Part shown: positions 13,544 to 24,977 of the stretch, in pieces | Position numbering within the stretch: position 1 is the first letter of the stretch | Layout: every line of letters starts with the position of its first letter | From: Alloascoidea hylecoeti | Lineage: Eukaryota | Assembly (NCBI GenBank): GCA_001600815.1 | Contig: BCKZ01000017.1 | Location: forward strand, 535,970 to 599,969 | Reading direction: 5' to 3' | DNA length: 64,000 nucleotides | Position numbers and translations under genes: made by a program | The notes under the pieces: generated by a model | The model's input: only the letters and a program-made list of their open reading frames with translations | Told to the model about the DNA's origin: nothing | The model's database searches: none

Positions 13544-14308
13544 ATGTCTGCTAAAAAACCACTTTCAAGACCTTCAACACCACATCGATTATCTTCACAT
13601 GATCAGTCGATATTTGGACCATCTCCTGGAGGTCATTATCCAATTGATCCTGCCCATTTACCTTTAGATAATCATGTTTCTTTATTTAGAGAATTGAATG
13701 ATTCATTGGGTGATTTAGATTTGAATTTTCAAAATCTTCAACAAGTTCATGAAAGTTTAAGTAATTTTAATGAAAGTTTTTCATCTTTCATATATGGTTT
13801 AAAAATGAATGCTTGGTGTACTGAATTTGGTGAAGCTCCAACATCTGAGAATTTCCAAAGACAAGAAATTATGGGATCAATGCAAAATAGTCTTTCTGGT
13901 AATAATAATAATTTAAATAACAATATATTAAATCAACAACAATTTAATCCTACCAATAATATTAATAATGATCCAAGTCCTGTTAAACTTCAAAGTCGTG
14001 ATCGAAATTTAAATCGTGGTGGCTTATCTTTAAAACATGAATCTAGCATAAACCCAGATGATACATATATGACAAATGATGCTTCATTTGTTGTTCAACC
14101 ACAACCAAGACAACCTCAATCTTCAAATATAAGAGTACCATCATCTAGAATTCCTCGAGTAAATGCTCCACAACAAGGAAATACAGGAAATACATCAGGA
14201 AGGTCGAGAATTCCACAATCACGAATACCAGGAAGTAGATCAATTGAAGGAACATCTACAAGAACAGCTAGGAGTAATTCAATAAAAAATCGACCTCCTT
14301 TTAGATAA
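13544..14308 (+). CDS. DAM1: DASH complex subunit Dam1
   Basis: Dam1 core FRELNDSLGDLDLNFQNLQQVHESLSNFNESFSSFIYGLKMNAWCTEFGEAP, followed by a disordered tail with SRIP motifs. Confidence 0.9.
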   Translation: MSAKKPLSRPSTPHRLSSHDQSIFGPSPGGHYPIDPAHLPLDNHVSLFRELNDSLGDLDLNFQNLQQVHESLSNFNESFSSFIYGLKMNAWCTEFGEAPTSENFQRQEIMGSMQNSLSGNNNNLNNNILNQQQFNPTNNINNDPSPVKLQSRDRNLNRGGLSLKHESSINPDDTYMTNDASFVVQPQPRQPQSSNIRVPSSRIPRVNAPQQGNTGNTSGRSRIPQSRIPGSRSIEGTSTRTARSNSIKNRPPFR

Positions 14309-14382
14309 TTAGCTGTACAAATTTTACATTTTAAGAAAACATAGCTTTAATACATCATGATTGCTAAATAAATATGATATAA

Positions 14383-17300
14383 TTAACCAAAAGTAGAACT
14401 ACCACCTTTTGCTCCTCTTCGATAATTACTTAATCTCCAAGAATTTTGATCAGCAGCAAATTTATCAAATAAAGGCATAATTTTTTCTTGTCTCTTTTTC
14501 TTTGATAATTTAGTTTCATCTGCCACTTTATAAAAAGTAGGAGCTGTTTCAACTAACCATTTTGGATCAATACTTGAAACACAATGCATATATTCTTTTG
14601 AAGTGAAAACAAGTGTATGATAAATAACATATTCTGCTGATTTTCCAAATAATGCGCTTGATGGATGCATAAAAACTGGTGTTGATTCAGTTAATGTTTT
14701 AAAACCTTCTTGTGGATCTTTTTTAGATGCATGTTTAAAATAACCAGAACAAAATGTTTTTAGAATTATATCTGAATCATTACCACAACTAACGATTTTA
14801 TGGTGATATCTTCTCATAATATCAACTAATTGAGACCTAACTTCACTTGCCCTTTTCAATGAGCTATGTTGTATGAAATTTTTTTGACAATAAGTTATTG
14901 AACGTTCATTTTGTAACCATGAATTATAAACATTCAAATAAGTTAAATGATCACCAGTTGGATCATGAAATTTTGCCTTTTTTCGATCAGCTATTTCTTG
15001 TTGGTCTTTTGGTCGAAAAAATATTGTTTGAACTGAAAGCATTGCAACGATAGTTAATACTTCTTCAGAACATCCATATTGAACAGAACTAATTAATACT
15101 TTTGCTAATGTTGGATCCATTGGGAAATCAGCCATTTTTCTACCTAATCTTGTTAAATATCCTTCATCATCTAAAGCTGATAATGAATATAATTCTCCAA
15201 ATGCTGTTAATAAATTATTCATTGCTGGTTTATCCATGAAATCAAAGTTTAATATATCATTAATCCCCATTGCTTTTAATAATAAAATTGTATTACTAAG
15301 ATTTTGTCTTTTAATTTCAGGAACTGGAGCATCAAGCATTTCATTTTCAAATGCTGACCTTGTATATAATCGATAACATTTACCAGGACCTGTTCTACCA
15401 GCTCTACCTTTTCTTTGTTCAGCTTGAGCTTTTGAAATTGGTGTAATTATAAGTGAATCCATACCCAATGCATGATTATATGCAGAAACTTTAACAAATC
15501 CAGGATCAACAACATAATAAATACCATCTATTGTTAAAGAAGTTTCAGCAATATTTGTTGCTAAAACAACTTTTCTACTTCCTGATGGTGCAGGATCAAA
15601 AATTCTTGTTTGCATTTCAGAAGGTAAAGCAGAATAAACTGGTAATATAATTAATTCTGGAACACCAGGACCTAAAGCTTTCATTCTTTCACTTAATATT
15701 TCACAACTTGTTTCAATTTCTTCTTGACCAGTTAAAAAAACTAATATATCACCAGGACCTTCATTTAAATGAATTTGAATAACTGTAATTAATGCAGTAT
15801 CAAGATAATCAGGTTCAGGTTCTCTTGTATAATTAACATCAACTTTAAAACTTCTACCAGAAATTTCAATAATTGGACAATTATTAAAATAATTTGAAAA
15901 TTTTTCTGAAGCTAATGTAGCTGATGTAACAATTACTCTAAATTCAGGTCTTCTTTTAATAGTTTTTTTCAATAAAGCAAATAAAACATCAGTTGCAATT
16001 GTACGTTCATGAGCTTCATCTAATAAAATTACTGAATATTGATTTAAATCAGGATCTAATAAAATTTCTCTTTGTAGCATACCATCTGTTAAATATTTTA
16101 TTTTTGTTCGATTACTTGTAACATCTTCAAAACGAATTGTAAAACCAACTTCATCTCCTATTCGACATCCAACTTCTTCTGCAACTCTTTTTGAAACTGA
16201 CATTGCTGCTACTCTTCTTGGTTGTGTACAACCAATTCTACCATTTTTTGCAAATCCTTCTTCTGCTAAATATTGTGTAAGTTGTGTTGATTTACCTGAT
16301 CCTGTTTCACCAACAACAACTAAGATTGGATTTTCTCGAATAGCATTAATCAAAAGTTTTCTAAATTGGAAAACTGGTAATGATTCACGTTGTTCTTTTA
16401 TAGAAAGATTACTATGAATACCATAACTTTCATGTACATCTTTTCTAGATTTTAAAGGTCGTGAAATATTAGATTCATTAGATGATCTACCATTTGAATA
16501 TGCTAATGGATCATCACCAAATTTTCTTTCAAGTTTGGCAACTTCTTTTGCTTTAGCAGCATCTTCTTTTGCTTTTTGTTGTCTCTCTTCTCTTCTTTCT
16601 TTTGCTAATATAGCACCATTCATTGCTGCTCTATTAAGTGATCCATCAGGAGCTTTTACAACTCTTTCAGGAGTTATTTCTAAACTTTGTGCAGTTTGTC
16701 CTGCTAAAAATGGTGGTTCTTCTTCTCTAACTTCAATTTCAATATCAAGTTCTTGTTCTAAATTTTCAAATTGATCATTAAATGCTTCATTAACATCTTC
16801 TCTTAATTTAGGATCTTCTTTAACAACACCAGATGCAACTAATTGTTGAAATTCCCATTTATCCATTGAGTTTGCTCTTTGTCTCTTTTGTGTATATTTA
16901 ATAGAACTTTCTTCTTTTGAACCTAATGGTATTGCATTTGATCCATTAAGTGCAGGATGAGATATTGCAATATCATCTCCTGTTATTTGATCAACATCAT
17001 TCATTGATAAACTAATTTTATTATCATCTCCAATTTTAATGACTTTTACTTTAACATTTTGTCCCATTTCTACAACATCACTTGGATCTGATATCCGAAA
17101 ATCTTTTTTTATTTTTGAAATGTGAACTAATCCATCAACTTTACTTCTTACTTCTTTTAACCGTACAAATATACCAAAGTGTGTGATTCCAGTTACTTTC
17201 CCAGAATATATGTTCCCTATAATTGGTTCATCATCAAAGTCTTTTGAATATGTATCTGGGCTTGGACTTCGACGGTCTCTAGAATATCTATGATCTCTTC

Positions 17301-17892
17301 GTTCACGATTACGATTACGATCATCTCTATTTCTATCTCTTTCATACCTGGAGTCACGAGAACTTCGGTGACTATTATACGGTGATCTAGATCGATGTCT
17401 ATTTCGATAACCATCATCTGGTGATATGGGCCGATGCCCTTTTCGATGTTGTTTATCATCATAATTATCTCGATTATGCCGTCGTGAACTTGTTTTACGA
17501 TTCCTGTTTTCAAACGAGTTTGTTTCCTCATCATCATCACCATAAATATTAGAATCAAATCGGTTACCATCAGGTAATGATAAACCTTTAAAAACACTTT
17601 CCATTTCTTTTCGTTTTTGAATATCTTCTTCTTCTTCTTGTTCAATTTTAACATTTTGATATTTTGGATGTAATTTCATAATTAAGGTATCTATTTTCTT
17701 AATAAATGAGTCTGGAAATTCAGCTCCCATACCTTTTAATTGTTTTTTAAATTCTTCATAATTTTTTGATTTATCATGAATATCAAGTACAAATTGTGCT
17801 AATGTTTTGTCTGTAACTCCAGTATAGTTAGAAATTTCACTAGTAAGTTTTGATACTAATGCAATGATTTCCAGTTGTTCCAAATCATCCAT
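14383..17892 (-). CDS. PRP22: DEAH-box pre-mRNA splicing helicase Prp22/DHX8
   Basis: 1169 aa; RS/RD-rich region, S1 domain, GETGSGKST, TQPRRVAA, DEAHER, SAT, QRKGRAGR. Confidence 0.96.
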   Translation of the reverse strand: MDDLEQLEIIALVSKLTSEISNYTGVTDKTLAQFVLDIHDKSKNYEEFKKQLKGMGAEFPDSFIKKIDTLIMKLHPKYQNVKIEQEEEEDIQKRKEMESVFKGLSLPDGNRFDSNIYGDDDEETNSFENRNRKTSSRRHNRDNYDDKQHRKGHRPISPDDGYRNRHRSRSPYNSHRSSRDSRYERDRNRDDRNRNRERRDHRYSRDRRSPSPDTYSKDFDDEPIIGNIYSGKVTGITHFGIFVRLKEVRSKVDGLVHISKIKKDFRISDPSDVVEMGQNVKVKVIKIGDDNKISLSMNDVDQITGDDIAISHPALNGSNAIPLGSKEESSIKYTQKRQRANSMDKWEFQQLVASGVVKEDPKLREDVNEAFNDQFENLEQELDIEIEVREEEPPFLAGQTAQSLEITPERVVKAPDGSLNRAAMNGAILAKERREERQQKAKEDAAKAKEVAKLERKFGDDPLAYSNGRSSNESNISRPLKSRKDVHESYGIHSNLSIKEQRESLPVFQFRKLLINAIRENPILVVVGETGSGKSTQLTQYLAEEGFAKNGRIGCTQPRRVAAMSVSKRVAEEVGCRIGDEVGFTIRFEDVTSNRTKIKYLTDGMLQREILLDPDLNQYSVILLDEAHERTIATDVLFALLKKTIKRRPEFRVIVTSATLASEKFSNYFNNCPIIEISGRSFKVDVNYTREPEPDYLDTALITVIQIHLNEGPGDILVFLTGQEEIETSCEILSERMKALGPGVPELIILPVYSALPSEMQTRIFDPAPSGSRKVVLATNIAETSLTIDGIYYVVDPGFVKVSAYNHALGMDSLIITPISKAQAEQRKGRAGRTGPGKCYRLYTRSAFENEMLDAPVPEIKRQNLSNTILLLKAMGINDILNFDFMDKPAMNNLLTAFGELYSLSALDDEGYLTRLGRKMADFPMDPTLAKVLISSVQYGCSEEVLTIVAMLSVQTIFFRPKDQQEIADRKKAKFHDPTGDHLTYLNVYNSWLQNERSITYCQKNFIQHSSLKRASEVRSQLVDIMRRYHHKIVSCGNDSDIILKTFCSGYFKHASKKDPQEGFKTLTESTPVFMHPSSALFGKSAEYVIYHTLVFTSKEYMHCVSSIDPKWLVETAPTFYKVADETKLSKKKRQEKIMPLFDKFAADQNSWRLSNYRRGAKGGSSTFG

Positions 17893-18260
17893 TTTGTCGA
17901 TTCTAAAAGAAAGTGTTGAACTAGCAAATGTTTGTAGTTGTTTGTTTTTTTGATTTACGGTATTAAAAAATGTGCAGTTTTAATTTCGACATTAACATCC
18001 TTACATCTACGAAGAGAAGAGATAAATTAATGGTGATAGAGAACTTTTTATAAATATAATGCCAGTTTTCCAAGACCAATAATAATAGTAACAATTAAAT
18101 CAATCGAATGAATATGTTCTACATACTACTGATAAAAACTACAGAATATATATATTCATGAAACAATACAATAATATGGATAGCTAAACTTATAGTTTAA
18201 TGATCTTAATGGTAATTATTGCGATTCAATTTTTAGCTATAATTATTAATGAAATTACAT

Positions 18261-19051
18261 CTATTCAAAATCAACATCAATAATACCTTTTTTTGTGACA
18301 AATTTGACCTATAAAAACTAAAAGTTAGAAGTTCAATTCATTAATTCAAATAAACCGATGTACTTACATAAACACCTTTAAAATCAACTGGCATTCTTCT
18401 GTCTAGCTCAGCGACACATAATTTTAACACTTCAAGACCTTCTTCTAAAGACATTCCGTCTTTATAATGTCTATCTAGTAGAGATAGAGTATAGTAAGCT
18501 GCATATCCATGAGCAGCATAAGGAATAGAAGCATTGGTGCCTAAATAGTCGATCCAATTAAGGGAGGCCTTATCGGTTTTTATGTCATAACCACCTAACA
18601 ATAAATTAACTTGATATGGTTTCTAATTAAATGATAATTAATTAGTGATTGGAAAAACGTAGATTGTAAATCACAAAAACACACATACTCTGCTTCTTAA
18701 TGATTCTGCCAATTGATTTCTGACAAAACTTGCTACAGCATGAGGACTTAATTCATGAGCATTCCTTGTACCAAATAATTGAATATTAGCTTGAATATAT
18801 TCAGCAAATTGAACTATTAAATAATATAATAATGTTAATGATATTTCCCCTTTCTAATTCGCTTAATTTAAGTTTGTTTCCAAAAACATACCAGTATCAC
18901 CAGCTTCACCGGTAAATGCCATTAAAGAATGATCATTTAAAGCTCTTGTTTTATCATCTGTTGCTTTTAAAATACTAATTCCTCTAACTGCTGCTTTTGA
19001 AGTGGCAATTAAAGCACCGTCTTTAAGAGTAATTCCTAATAAAACATCCAT
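18261..19051 (-). CDS. PRE1: 20S proteasome beta-4 subunit; exons 19051-18892, 18813-18689, 18622-18368, 18308-18261
   Basis: Three GT-AG introns (78, 66, 59 nt) join MDVLLGI...[19 protein letters not shown]...[18 protein letters not shown]...[23 protein letters not shown]. Confidence 0.94.
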
Positions 19052-19154
19052 TTTCAATTTATTGTATTATCTTTTAAAATTCCCTTTGGTGCCTAATATG
19101 ATGTAATTGACTTGGTATTTCAATGAAAGAAACAACAATTCCAATTTCTTTTTT

Positions 19155-19164
19155 GATGGCAAAA
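19155..19164 (+). promoter_or_regulatory. PACE-like (Rpn4) element upstream of PRE1
   Basis: GATGGCAAAA, one mismatch from GGTGGCAAA, about 105 bp upstream of a proteasome gene. Confidence 0.45.
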
Positions 19165-19280
19165 CAGTGTTTCACGAAGAGATTCAAATGGAGTGTTAAA
19201 GTTAAAAAGTAGGGTAACTAATTATCTTATTAGGAGGCGTATCAGAAGTGTATGTTTTCAGAGTTATGCTCAAACACAAA

Positions 19281-19310
19281 CACGAAATCGGTAGGAACGC
19301 GAAAACGCGT
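19281..19310 (+). promoter_or_regulatory. G1/S elements (SCB CACGAAA; MCB ACGCGA and ACGCGT) upstream of PRI1
   Basis: CACGAAA 19281-19287, ACGCGA 19297-19302 and ACGCGT 19305-19310, just before a replication gene in CpG-poor DNA. Confidence 0.7.
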
Positions 19311-19347
19311 TTATTTATCTTATTATTTAATTCCTATTCTTTAACGA

Positions 19348-20790
19348 ATGCCTTTTTTACCAGAAATGCCAGATATTTCAGATGGAACTAGTTATATTCC
19401 CGCAAGCTCACCAGCAGCTGCATCTTCACCTCCCAATCCAAATCTTAGTTCACGAGATAATTTATATGAAGAAGAACAAAATATAACAAATCATGCAAAA
19501 TTATTATCATTACAAAGTGAAGGAGATTTTGAAATGATAAGTAATGTAAATTATTTATCAGAAATTGAAAAAATGAAATTATTTTATAATAAATTATTCC
19601 CATTTAGATATATTTTTCAGTGGATAAGTCAATCTCCTGCTCCAACACAATCATTTACAAATCGAGAAATTGCATATGAATTACCTGGTGGAATTTATAA
19701 ACGTTATAATTCATATAGGACACTTGAAGAATTTAAAAGAGATGTTGTTTTATTAACACCAAATCGATTTGAAATTGGTGCTGTTTATCCTGTTGCTCCA
19801 AAAGATAGGAAATTAGTTTCTAAAGCAGTAATGAAACCAATAGAAAAAGAACTTGTATTTGATATTGATTTAACAGATTATGATGATGTTAGAACATGTT
19901 GTTCAGGAACAAATATTTGTGAAAAATGTTGGGGTTTTATAACAGTTGCACAACAAATCATTGAAAATGCATTAAAAGAAGATTTTGGATTTTTAAATAT
20001 ATTTTGGGTATATTCGGGTAGAAGAGGTATTCATTGTTGGGTATGTGATAAAAGAGCAAGAGTTTTAACAGAATATCAAAGAAAATGTATAGTTGATTAT
20101 ATGGAAATTTTTAAAGGTAAAAATTCAGGAGTTAATGGTAAAAAAATTTCATTAAAAAGACCATTTCATCCATTAATATCAAGAAGTTTTGAAATATTAA
20201 AAAGAAATTTTAAAAAAATGATTTTAATTCAACAAGATCCATGGAGAGATGATAATGAAGCAGAAAAATTATTAAATATTTTACCTGATCAAATATTAAA
20301 TTTAAAATTAAGAGAAAAATGGAATTTAAAAAAAAATTCATCAAGTTTAGAAAAATGGAATGATATTGATGAATTAGCAAAATCTGGAGTTTCTAAAAAT
20401 TTAAATACATTACAATTAATTGAAGCTAAAAAAGATGTTATATTTGAATATATGTATCCAAGGTTAGATGTTGAAGTTTCTCGTCAATTAATACATCTTT
20501 TAAAATCACCTTTTTGTATACATCCTGGGACAGGAAGAGTTTGTGTTCCTATTGACCCAGAAGTTGATTTTGATCCTTTTTCAGTTCCTACTTTAGATGA
20601 ATTATTAGAAGAATTAGATAAATGGACAATTGAAAAAAGTAAAGATAAATCTGAATCAACACAAAGAATACATGATTATGAAAAGACATCTTTAAAACCA
20701 TATGTTGATTATTTTGGGAAATTTGTTTCTGGATTAAATAAAACAGAAATGAAAATGAAAAGGGAAAGAGATGATACATTTGACTTTTAA
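19348..20790 (+). CDS. PRI1: DNA primase small (catalytic) subunit
   Basis: EKELVFDIDLTDYDDVRTCCSG, YSGRRGIHCW and HLLKSPFCIHPGTG motifs. Confidence 0.96.
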   Translation: MPFLPEMPDISDGTSYIPASSPAAASSPPNPNLSSRDNLYEEEQNITNHAKLLSLQSEGDFEMISNVNYLSEIEKMKLFYNKLFPFRYIFQWISQSPAPTQSFTNREIAYELPGGIYKRYNSYRTLEEFKRDVVLLTPNRFEIGAVYPVAPKDRKLVSKAVMKPIEKELVFDIDLTDYDDVRTCCSGTNICEKCWGFITVAQQIIENALKEDFGFLNIFWVYSGRRGIHCWVCDKRARVLTEYQRKCIVDYMEIFKGKNSGVNGKKISLKRPFHPLISRSFEILKRNFKKMILIQQDPWRDDNEAEKLLNILPDQILNLKLREKWNLKKNSSSLEKWNDIDELAKSGVSKNLNTLQLIEAKKDVIFEYMYPRLDVEVSRQLIHLLKSPFCIHPGTGRVCVPIDPEVDFDPFSVPTLDELLEELDKWTIEKSKDKSESTQRIHDYEKTSLKPYVDYFGKFVSGLNKTEMKMKRERDDTFDF

Positions 20791-20861
20791 ACTTAAGTAT
20801 TATATATATTATAAATCAATTTACTATTTAATTTTTTTTTATGTATATTATATGCAAAATG

Positions 20862-23228
20862 CTAACAATAGCAAAGTTTATTAAGATCCATAATCATTCT
20901 TACAAGAACACTTTTTTCAACTTCTTCAATGAAAACTTTTAATGTTTGACTACCTTTTTTATTCCACCATAATAACATTTCAGTATCAGAATTATATTTC
21001 CATTTACCACCAGTTGAATCAACCATTAATAAAGCAGCAGGGAAATGATAATTTGGAAGAAATATTTCAGTTGGCGCTGGATTTTCATTATTATGTTTAA
21101 TATCATTTAAATTTAATACAGTTAATGTAAATGTATGATTTTTTAAATCAAATTCACATTTTGTGGTTATGCCATTAACTTTTATAGCATATGGTCTTAT
21201 TGTAGCATCTACTGCTCTTGTACCATTTGTTGGATCATCATCAAATTTCATTGTTTTATCATTTGTTGTTGATTCAATATTATTTATTATTATTTGATTT
21301 GATTTAGAACTGATATCTTTATCACCAAGGTTAACAGAAATCGAAACAGATCTTGTATCATCACCATTATAAGATATAGAATCTTGAGATTTATTTAATT
21401 GTAAAATTCTTGTGAAAGCTTTACTACTAAAAGATCCAAATGATGATGATTTACTATCAATACTTAATCTTCTTGCAATTGGTTTTAATATTCGTTTATT
21501 TATTGGTTCATCAGTCATATCATCAGGAGACCAAAAAGAAAAATCTTCATCATTCCATAAATCACCATGATCATGACAACTAAAAGAACTATAAGTCCAA
21601 TAAGTATGATTCATATTTGAACCTTCAAGTGCAAAACTAAGAGCATCAAGTGCTTTAATTTGTAAATAATAATCACCATTTTTATAAGCTAATTTTTTGT
21701 TCATATCAAATGGCATACCAGTTTCTGTCATTAAACATGGTATATTACCCATATGTTCTAAACCTTCTTTTTTAATTTCTTTAAATTGTGATCTTAAACA
21801 TTTTCGAATGTTTGTTTCTCCAATTACAATTCCACCTAATATTGAACATTGTTTTCTTAATATACCTAATGTATTAATATTAAATTTTGAACTCCAATTT
21901 TTCATCATTAATGATAATCCATCATAATAATGAGGACAATAAACACATCTATTATCTAAATATTTTTCTTTAAAATCGGGTGGAATTTCTAAAACAACCG
22001 GTTGACAAAATGCAAATGCAGTTTTTGATAAATTTCTAATTTTTTTGAAATGATTATTCCAATATTCAAGAAAGAAATGATTATGAAAATATTCAATATC
22101 AATTGTAATATTATTATCGAATGAAGTTTTAATTTTATGGAAATAATCTGGAATTAATACTTTATTTGTTGTTATATCCCAAACACCATGTTGAGCCCAA
22201 ATACAAGTACCTAATTTCCAACCTGGATCTCTAATCCAACCATATTTTTCACCATATTCTATTGAAGACCATGCTTTTTCACCTTGTGGATCAATAGTTT
22301 TTTTCCCGATTTTTCTAGGACCAAAATAACCAAATGCATAATCATCAAGTGTTTCTTTTAATCCCATTCCTAATTTCATTCCTTGAAAAGCAGTTGGACA
22401 TGTTCCTAATCTTAATTTTAAATCATGTGGTATTTTTGAAATATCTTGTAATCCAATCATACCAATTGATGGTTCATTTAATGATTCAAATCCAATAACT
22501 GTTGTATCCATAAGATCTCCTTCATCAATTATTCTTTGATATAAAACTAAACATGCATTTAAAAAATGAGATTGTAAGTAATCTTGTATATTAATACCAT
22601 CAATTATACATTTTGGTGCAAATTTTTTCCCACCAAAAAATAAAGTAAACATAACTTGACAAACCATTCTATTATAATTTGTTGCCCATAACATTTTTGG
22701 ATAACCTTTATCATTATAAAAATTATGAATACAAGCACCTTCAGTTTTATTAAAATTTTTTGGATTTAGACCAACTGATAAAAAAGTCCATAATGGTGCT
22801 CCACTACCACCACTAAATCTTGACCATGAATCTTGATGAGGATCCATAAATATATAAAAATTAAATTCTTTAGCAATTTTTAAAATTTTTACTGTAAATT
22901 CAATAAATTCAAAATCATATTTTTTTGGACCTTTATGTTCTATTGATTCCCATGTAAAAATATAGCGTAATGTATTATAGCCCCATTTTTTAATTCTATT
23001 AAAATGTATTGGTGCTTCTTCTATTGTAAATGGTCTGTTTAAAAATGAAACGTTATCTCCATCCCAATATTGATCTTCATTTTCTGAAGTGATAGATTTA
23101 TATGTTGGGATAAATGGTTGGGATGGATGTTTGCTGGTTGCATCTATATTTATTCCCTTTAGTGTTATGACTCTATGAGAGGAGTCTGTAAAGTTTCCCT
23201 TTTCATCTACTAATAATAACTCAGGCAT
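20862..23228 (-). CDS. EGH1: GH5 steryl-beta-glucosidase / endoglycoceramidase-related protein (Egh1/YIR007W-like)
   Basis: WESIEH, DPHQDSWSRFSGGSGAP, acid/base motif SLNEP, PHYYDG, nucleophile motif TETG and WNDEDFS. Confidence 0.85.
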   Translation of the reverse strand: MPELLLVDEKGNFTDSSHRVITLKGINIDATSKHPSQPFIPTYKSITSENEDQYWDGDNVSFLNRPFTIEEAPIHFNRIKKWGYNTLRYIFTWESIEHKGPKKYDFEFIEFTVKILKIAKEFNFYIFMDPHQDSWSRFSGGSGAPLWTFLSVGLNPKNFNKTEGACIHNFYNDKGYPKMLWATNYNRMVCQVMFTLFFGGKKFAPKCIIDGINIQDYLQSHFLNACLVLYQRIIDEGDLMDTTVIGFESLNEPSIGMIGLQDISKIPHDLKLRLGTCPTAFQGMKLGMGLKETLDDYAFGYFGPRKIGKKTIDPQGEKAWSSIEYGEKYGWIRDPGWKLGTCIWAQHGVWDITTNKVLIPDYFHKIKTSFDNNITIDIEYFHNHFFLEYWNNHFKKIRNLSKTAFAFCQPVVLEIPPDFKEKYLDNRCVYCPHYYDGLSLMMKNWSSKFNINTLGILRKQCSILGGIVIGETNIRKCLRSQFKEIKKEGLEHMGNIPCLMTETGMPFDMNKKLAYKNGDYYLQIKALDALSFALEGSNMNHTYWTYSSFSCHDHGDLWNDEDFSFWSPDDMTDEPINKRILKPIARRLSIDSKSSSFGSFSSKAFTRILQLNKSQDSISYNGDDTRSVSISVNLGDKDISSKSNQIIINNIESTTNDKTMKFDDDPTNGTRAVDATIRPYAIKVNGITTKCEFDLKNHTFTLTVLNLNDIKHNNENPAPTEIFLPNYHFPAALLMVDSTGGKWKYNSDTEMLLWWNKKGSQTLKVFIEEVEKSVLVRMIMDLNKLCYC

Positions 23229-23602
23229 TTTTTAATGATATATGATATTGTGAATGGAATAAATGAAAGGAACGAGATAAGTTGTAGAAAAGTCTCCTCC
23301 CCTCCCTCTATCATCTAACGTCAATCTTAAAGCCTAAACTTTAAATATTAGTAATAATTAGCACCCAACATTGCGATTGGCCTGGCTAAAATTTATATCA
23401 ATATTCTCGTATTAGACTACACAATTTTGTCATTTGATGTCAATATAATTTAATCATTAGATCTCATATTAAATATTCAATATTAATATTATAACGAGAT
23501 TCCGATAAATGATTCAGTATGTAAGGGTAGCTGTTCGTATAGTTTATCCGCACAGTTATGTAACTATTATGCAGAACAGCGTCATTTATTATCCAGGCAA
23601 GT

Positions 23603-23669
23603 CCGGGTAACTAGATTACTAATCAATTTCGTAAGAATACAAAAGATTTGAAATCAAAGTGAAAAATTT
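23603..23669 (+). promoter_or_regulatory. Reb1-like site and RRPE element upstream of SQT1
   Basis: CCGGGTAA 23603-23610 and TGAAAAATTT 23660-23669 before a ribosome-biogenesis gene. Confidence 0.55.
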
Positions 23670-23699
23670 ATACATTACTAATTATACACAATAACAAAA

Positions 23700-24977
23700 A
23701 TGTCTCTTGAAAAACAACAGGATGAATCTTTAAAAGAAGATGAAAATGAATTCATTGATGTAAATGAAGTTGCCGAAGTTGTACCTGATCAAGATAACGA
23801 AGATCTTGATGAATCAATGAGTGAAGGAGAAGAAGAAGTTGAAGGTGAAGGTTCAAATATTGAAATTCCTGAAGGACAAGATTTCCTTGAAATAAGCATG
23901 GCAAATAATTCATCAAGTTATTTTGATAAACATACAGATTCTATATTTATGGTTAAATCACATCCAACTTTACCAATAGTTGTTTCTGGTGGTGGAGATA
24001 ATATGGGATATATATGGACAACTAAATCAAATCCATCAAAGATTATAACTACTTTAACAAATCATACAGAATCAATTATAACTGGTGGTTTTACAAATGA
24101 TGGTGAATTTTTAATAACTGGTGATATGTCTGGTAAAGTTCGAGTTTGGCATTCATTAAGAAGAGGACAAATTTGGGAATTTTATGGTTCATTAGATGAA
24201 GTGGATGAAATTACTTGGATTACAATACATCCAAAACAGAATGTTTTTGCTTTTGGTGCTCAAGATGGTTCTGTTTGGGTTTATCAATTATCTCCTTCAT
24301 TAGATAGAATAATGACTGGTTTTGCTCATAGTCTTGAAACAACTGCTGGTATATTTGTGAATACAAACGATTTAGATAGTCTTACATTAATTACTTCTTC
24401 AGAAGATGGTACAATTGTTTCATGGAATGTTTATATGGGTACACAAAATTATAAATTAGGAAATTCTCAATTTAAAGGTAATACTCCATGGGTTACACTT
24501 TCTTTAAATGATGATGAAACAACAATTGCTGCTGGTTCAAGAGAAGGTAAATTATCAATTATAGCTACAAAAAATGGTCATGTTATTTCAAATATTAATA
24601 CTTATAAAAATGAAAATGATATTAATGATTGTAGTATTGAAGCATTATCATGGTGTGGATTACTACCAATATTAGCGATTGGTAATGTTAAAGGAGAAAT
24701 TACTTTATATGATACAGGATCGTGGAGAATTAGAAAATTAATTCAATGTGAAGGAGTTATAACAAAATTACAATTTTTAAAAAAATCAGTTATATTAATT
24801 TCAAGTGATACAAGTGGAGTTATTAAAAAATGGGATGTTAGAACTGGTGAAGAGAAATTTGTTGGTGTTGGACATAATGATGGAATATTAGATTTTACAA
24901 TTCAAGAAAATGGGAAAAGATTAATAACTGCTGGTGATGAAGGAGTTTCATTAGTTTTTAATGATGAAACTATTTAA
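23700..24977 (+). CDS. SQT1: WD40 60S assembly chaperone Sqt1/AAMP-like
   Basis: Acidic N-terminus, NNSSSYFDKHTDSIF, SGGGDN, WD repeats, C-terminal LITAGDEGVSLVF. Confidence 0.9.
   Translation: MSLEKQQDESLKEDENEFIDVNEVAEVVPDQDNEDLDESMSEGEEEVEGEGSNIEIPEGQDFLEISMANNSSSYFDKHTDSIFMVKSHPTLPIVVSGGGDNMGYIWTTKSNPSKIITTLTNHTESIITGGFTNDGEFLITGDMSGKVRVWHSLRRGQIWEFYGSLDEVDEITWITIHPKQNVFAFGAQDGSVWVYQLSPSLDRIMTGFAHSLETTAGIFVNTNDLDSLTLITSSEDGTIVSWNVYMGTQNYKLGNSQFKGNTPWVTLSLNDDETTIAAGSREGKLSIIATKNGHVISNINTYKNENDINDCSIEALSWCGLLPILAIGNVKGEITLYDTGSWRIRKLIQCEGVITKLQFLKKSVILISSDTSGVIKKWDVRTGEEKFVGVGHNDGILDFTIQENGKRLITAGDEGVSLVFNDETI

Noticed and set aside
16535..17654. Antisense and alternate-frame ORFs inside PRP22 (likewise inside PRI1, EGH1, the Ppc89-like gene, RRN3, the permease and GAL1)
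   Set aside because: Shadows of the real coding frames.
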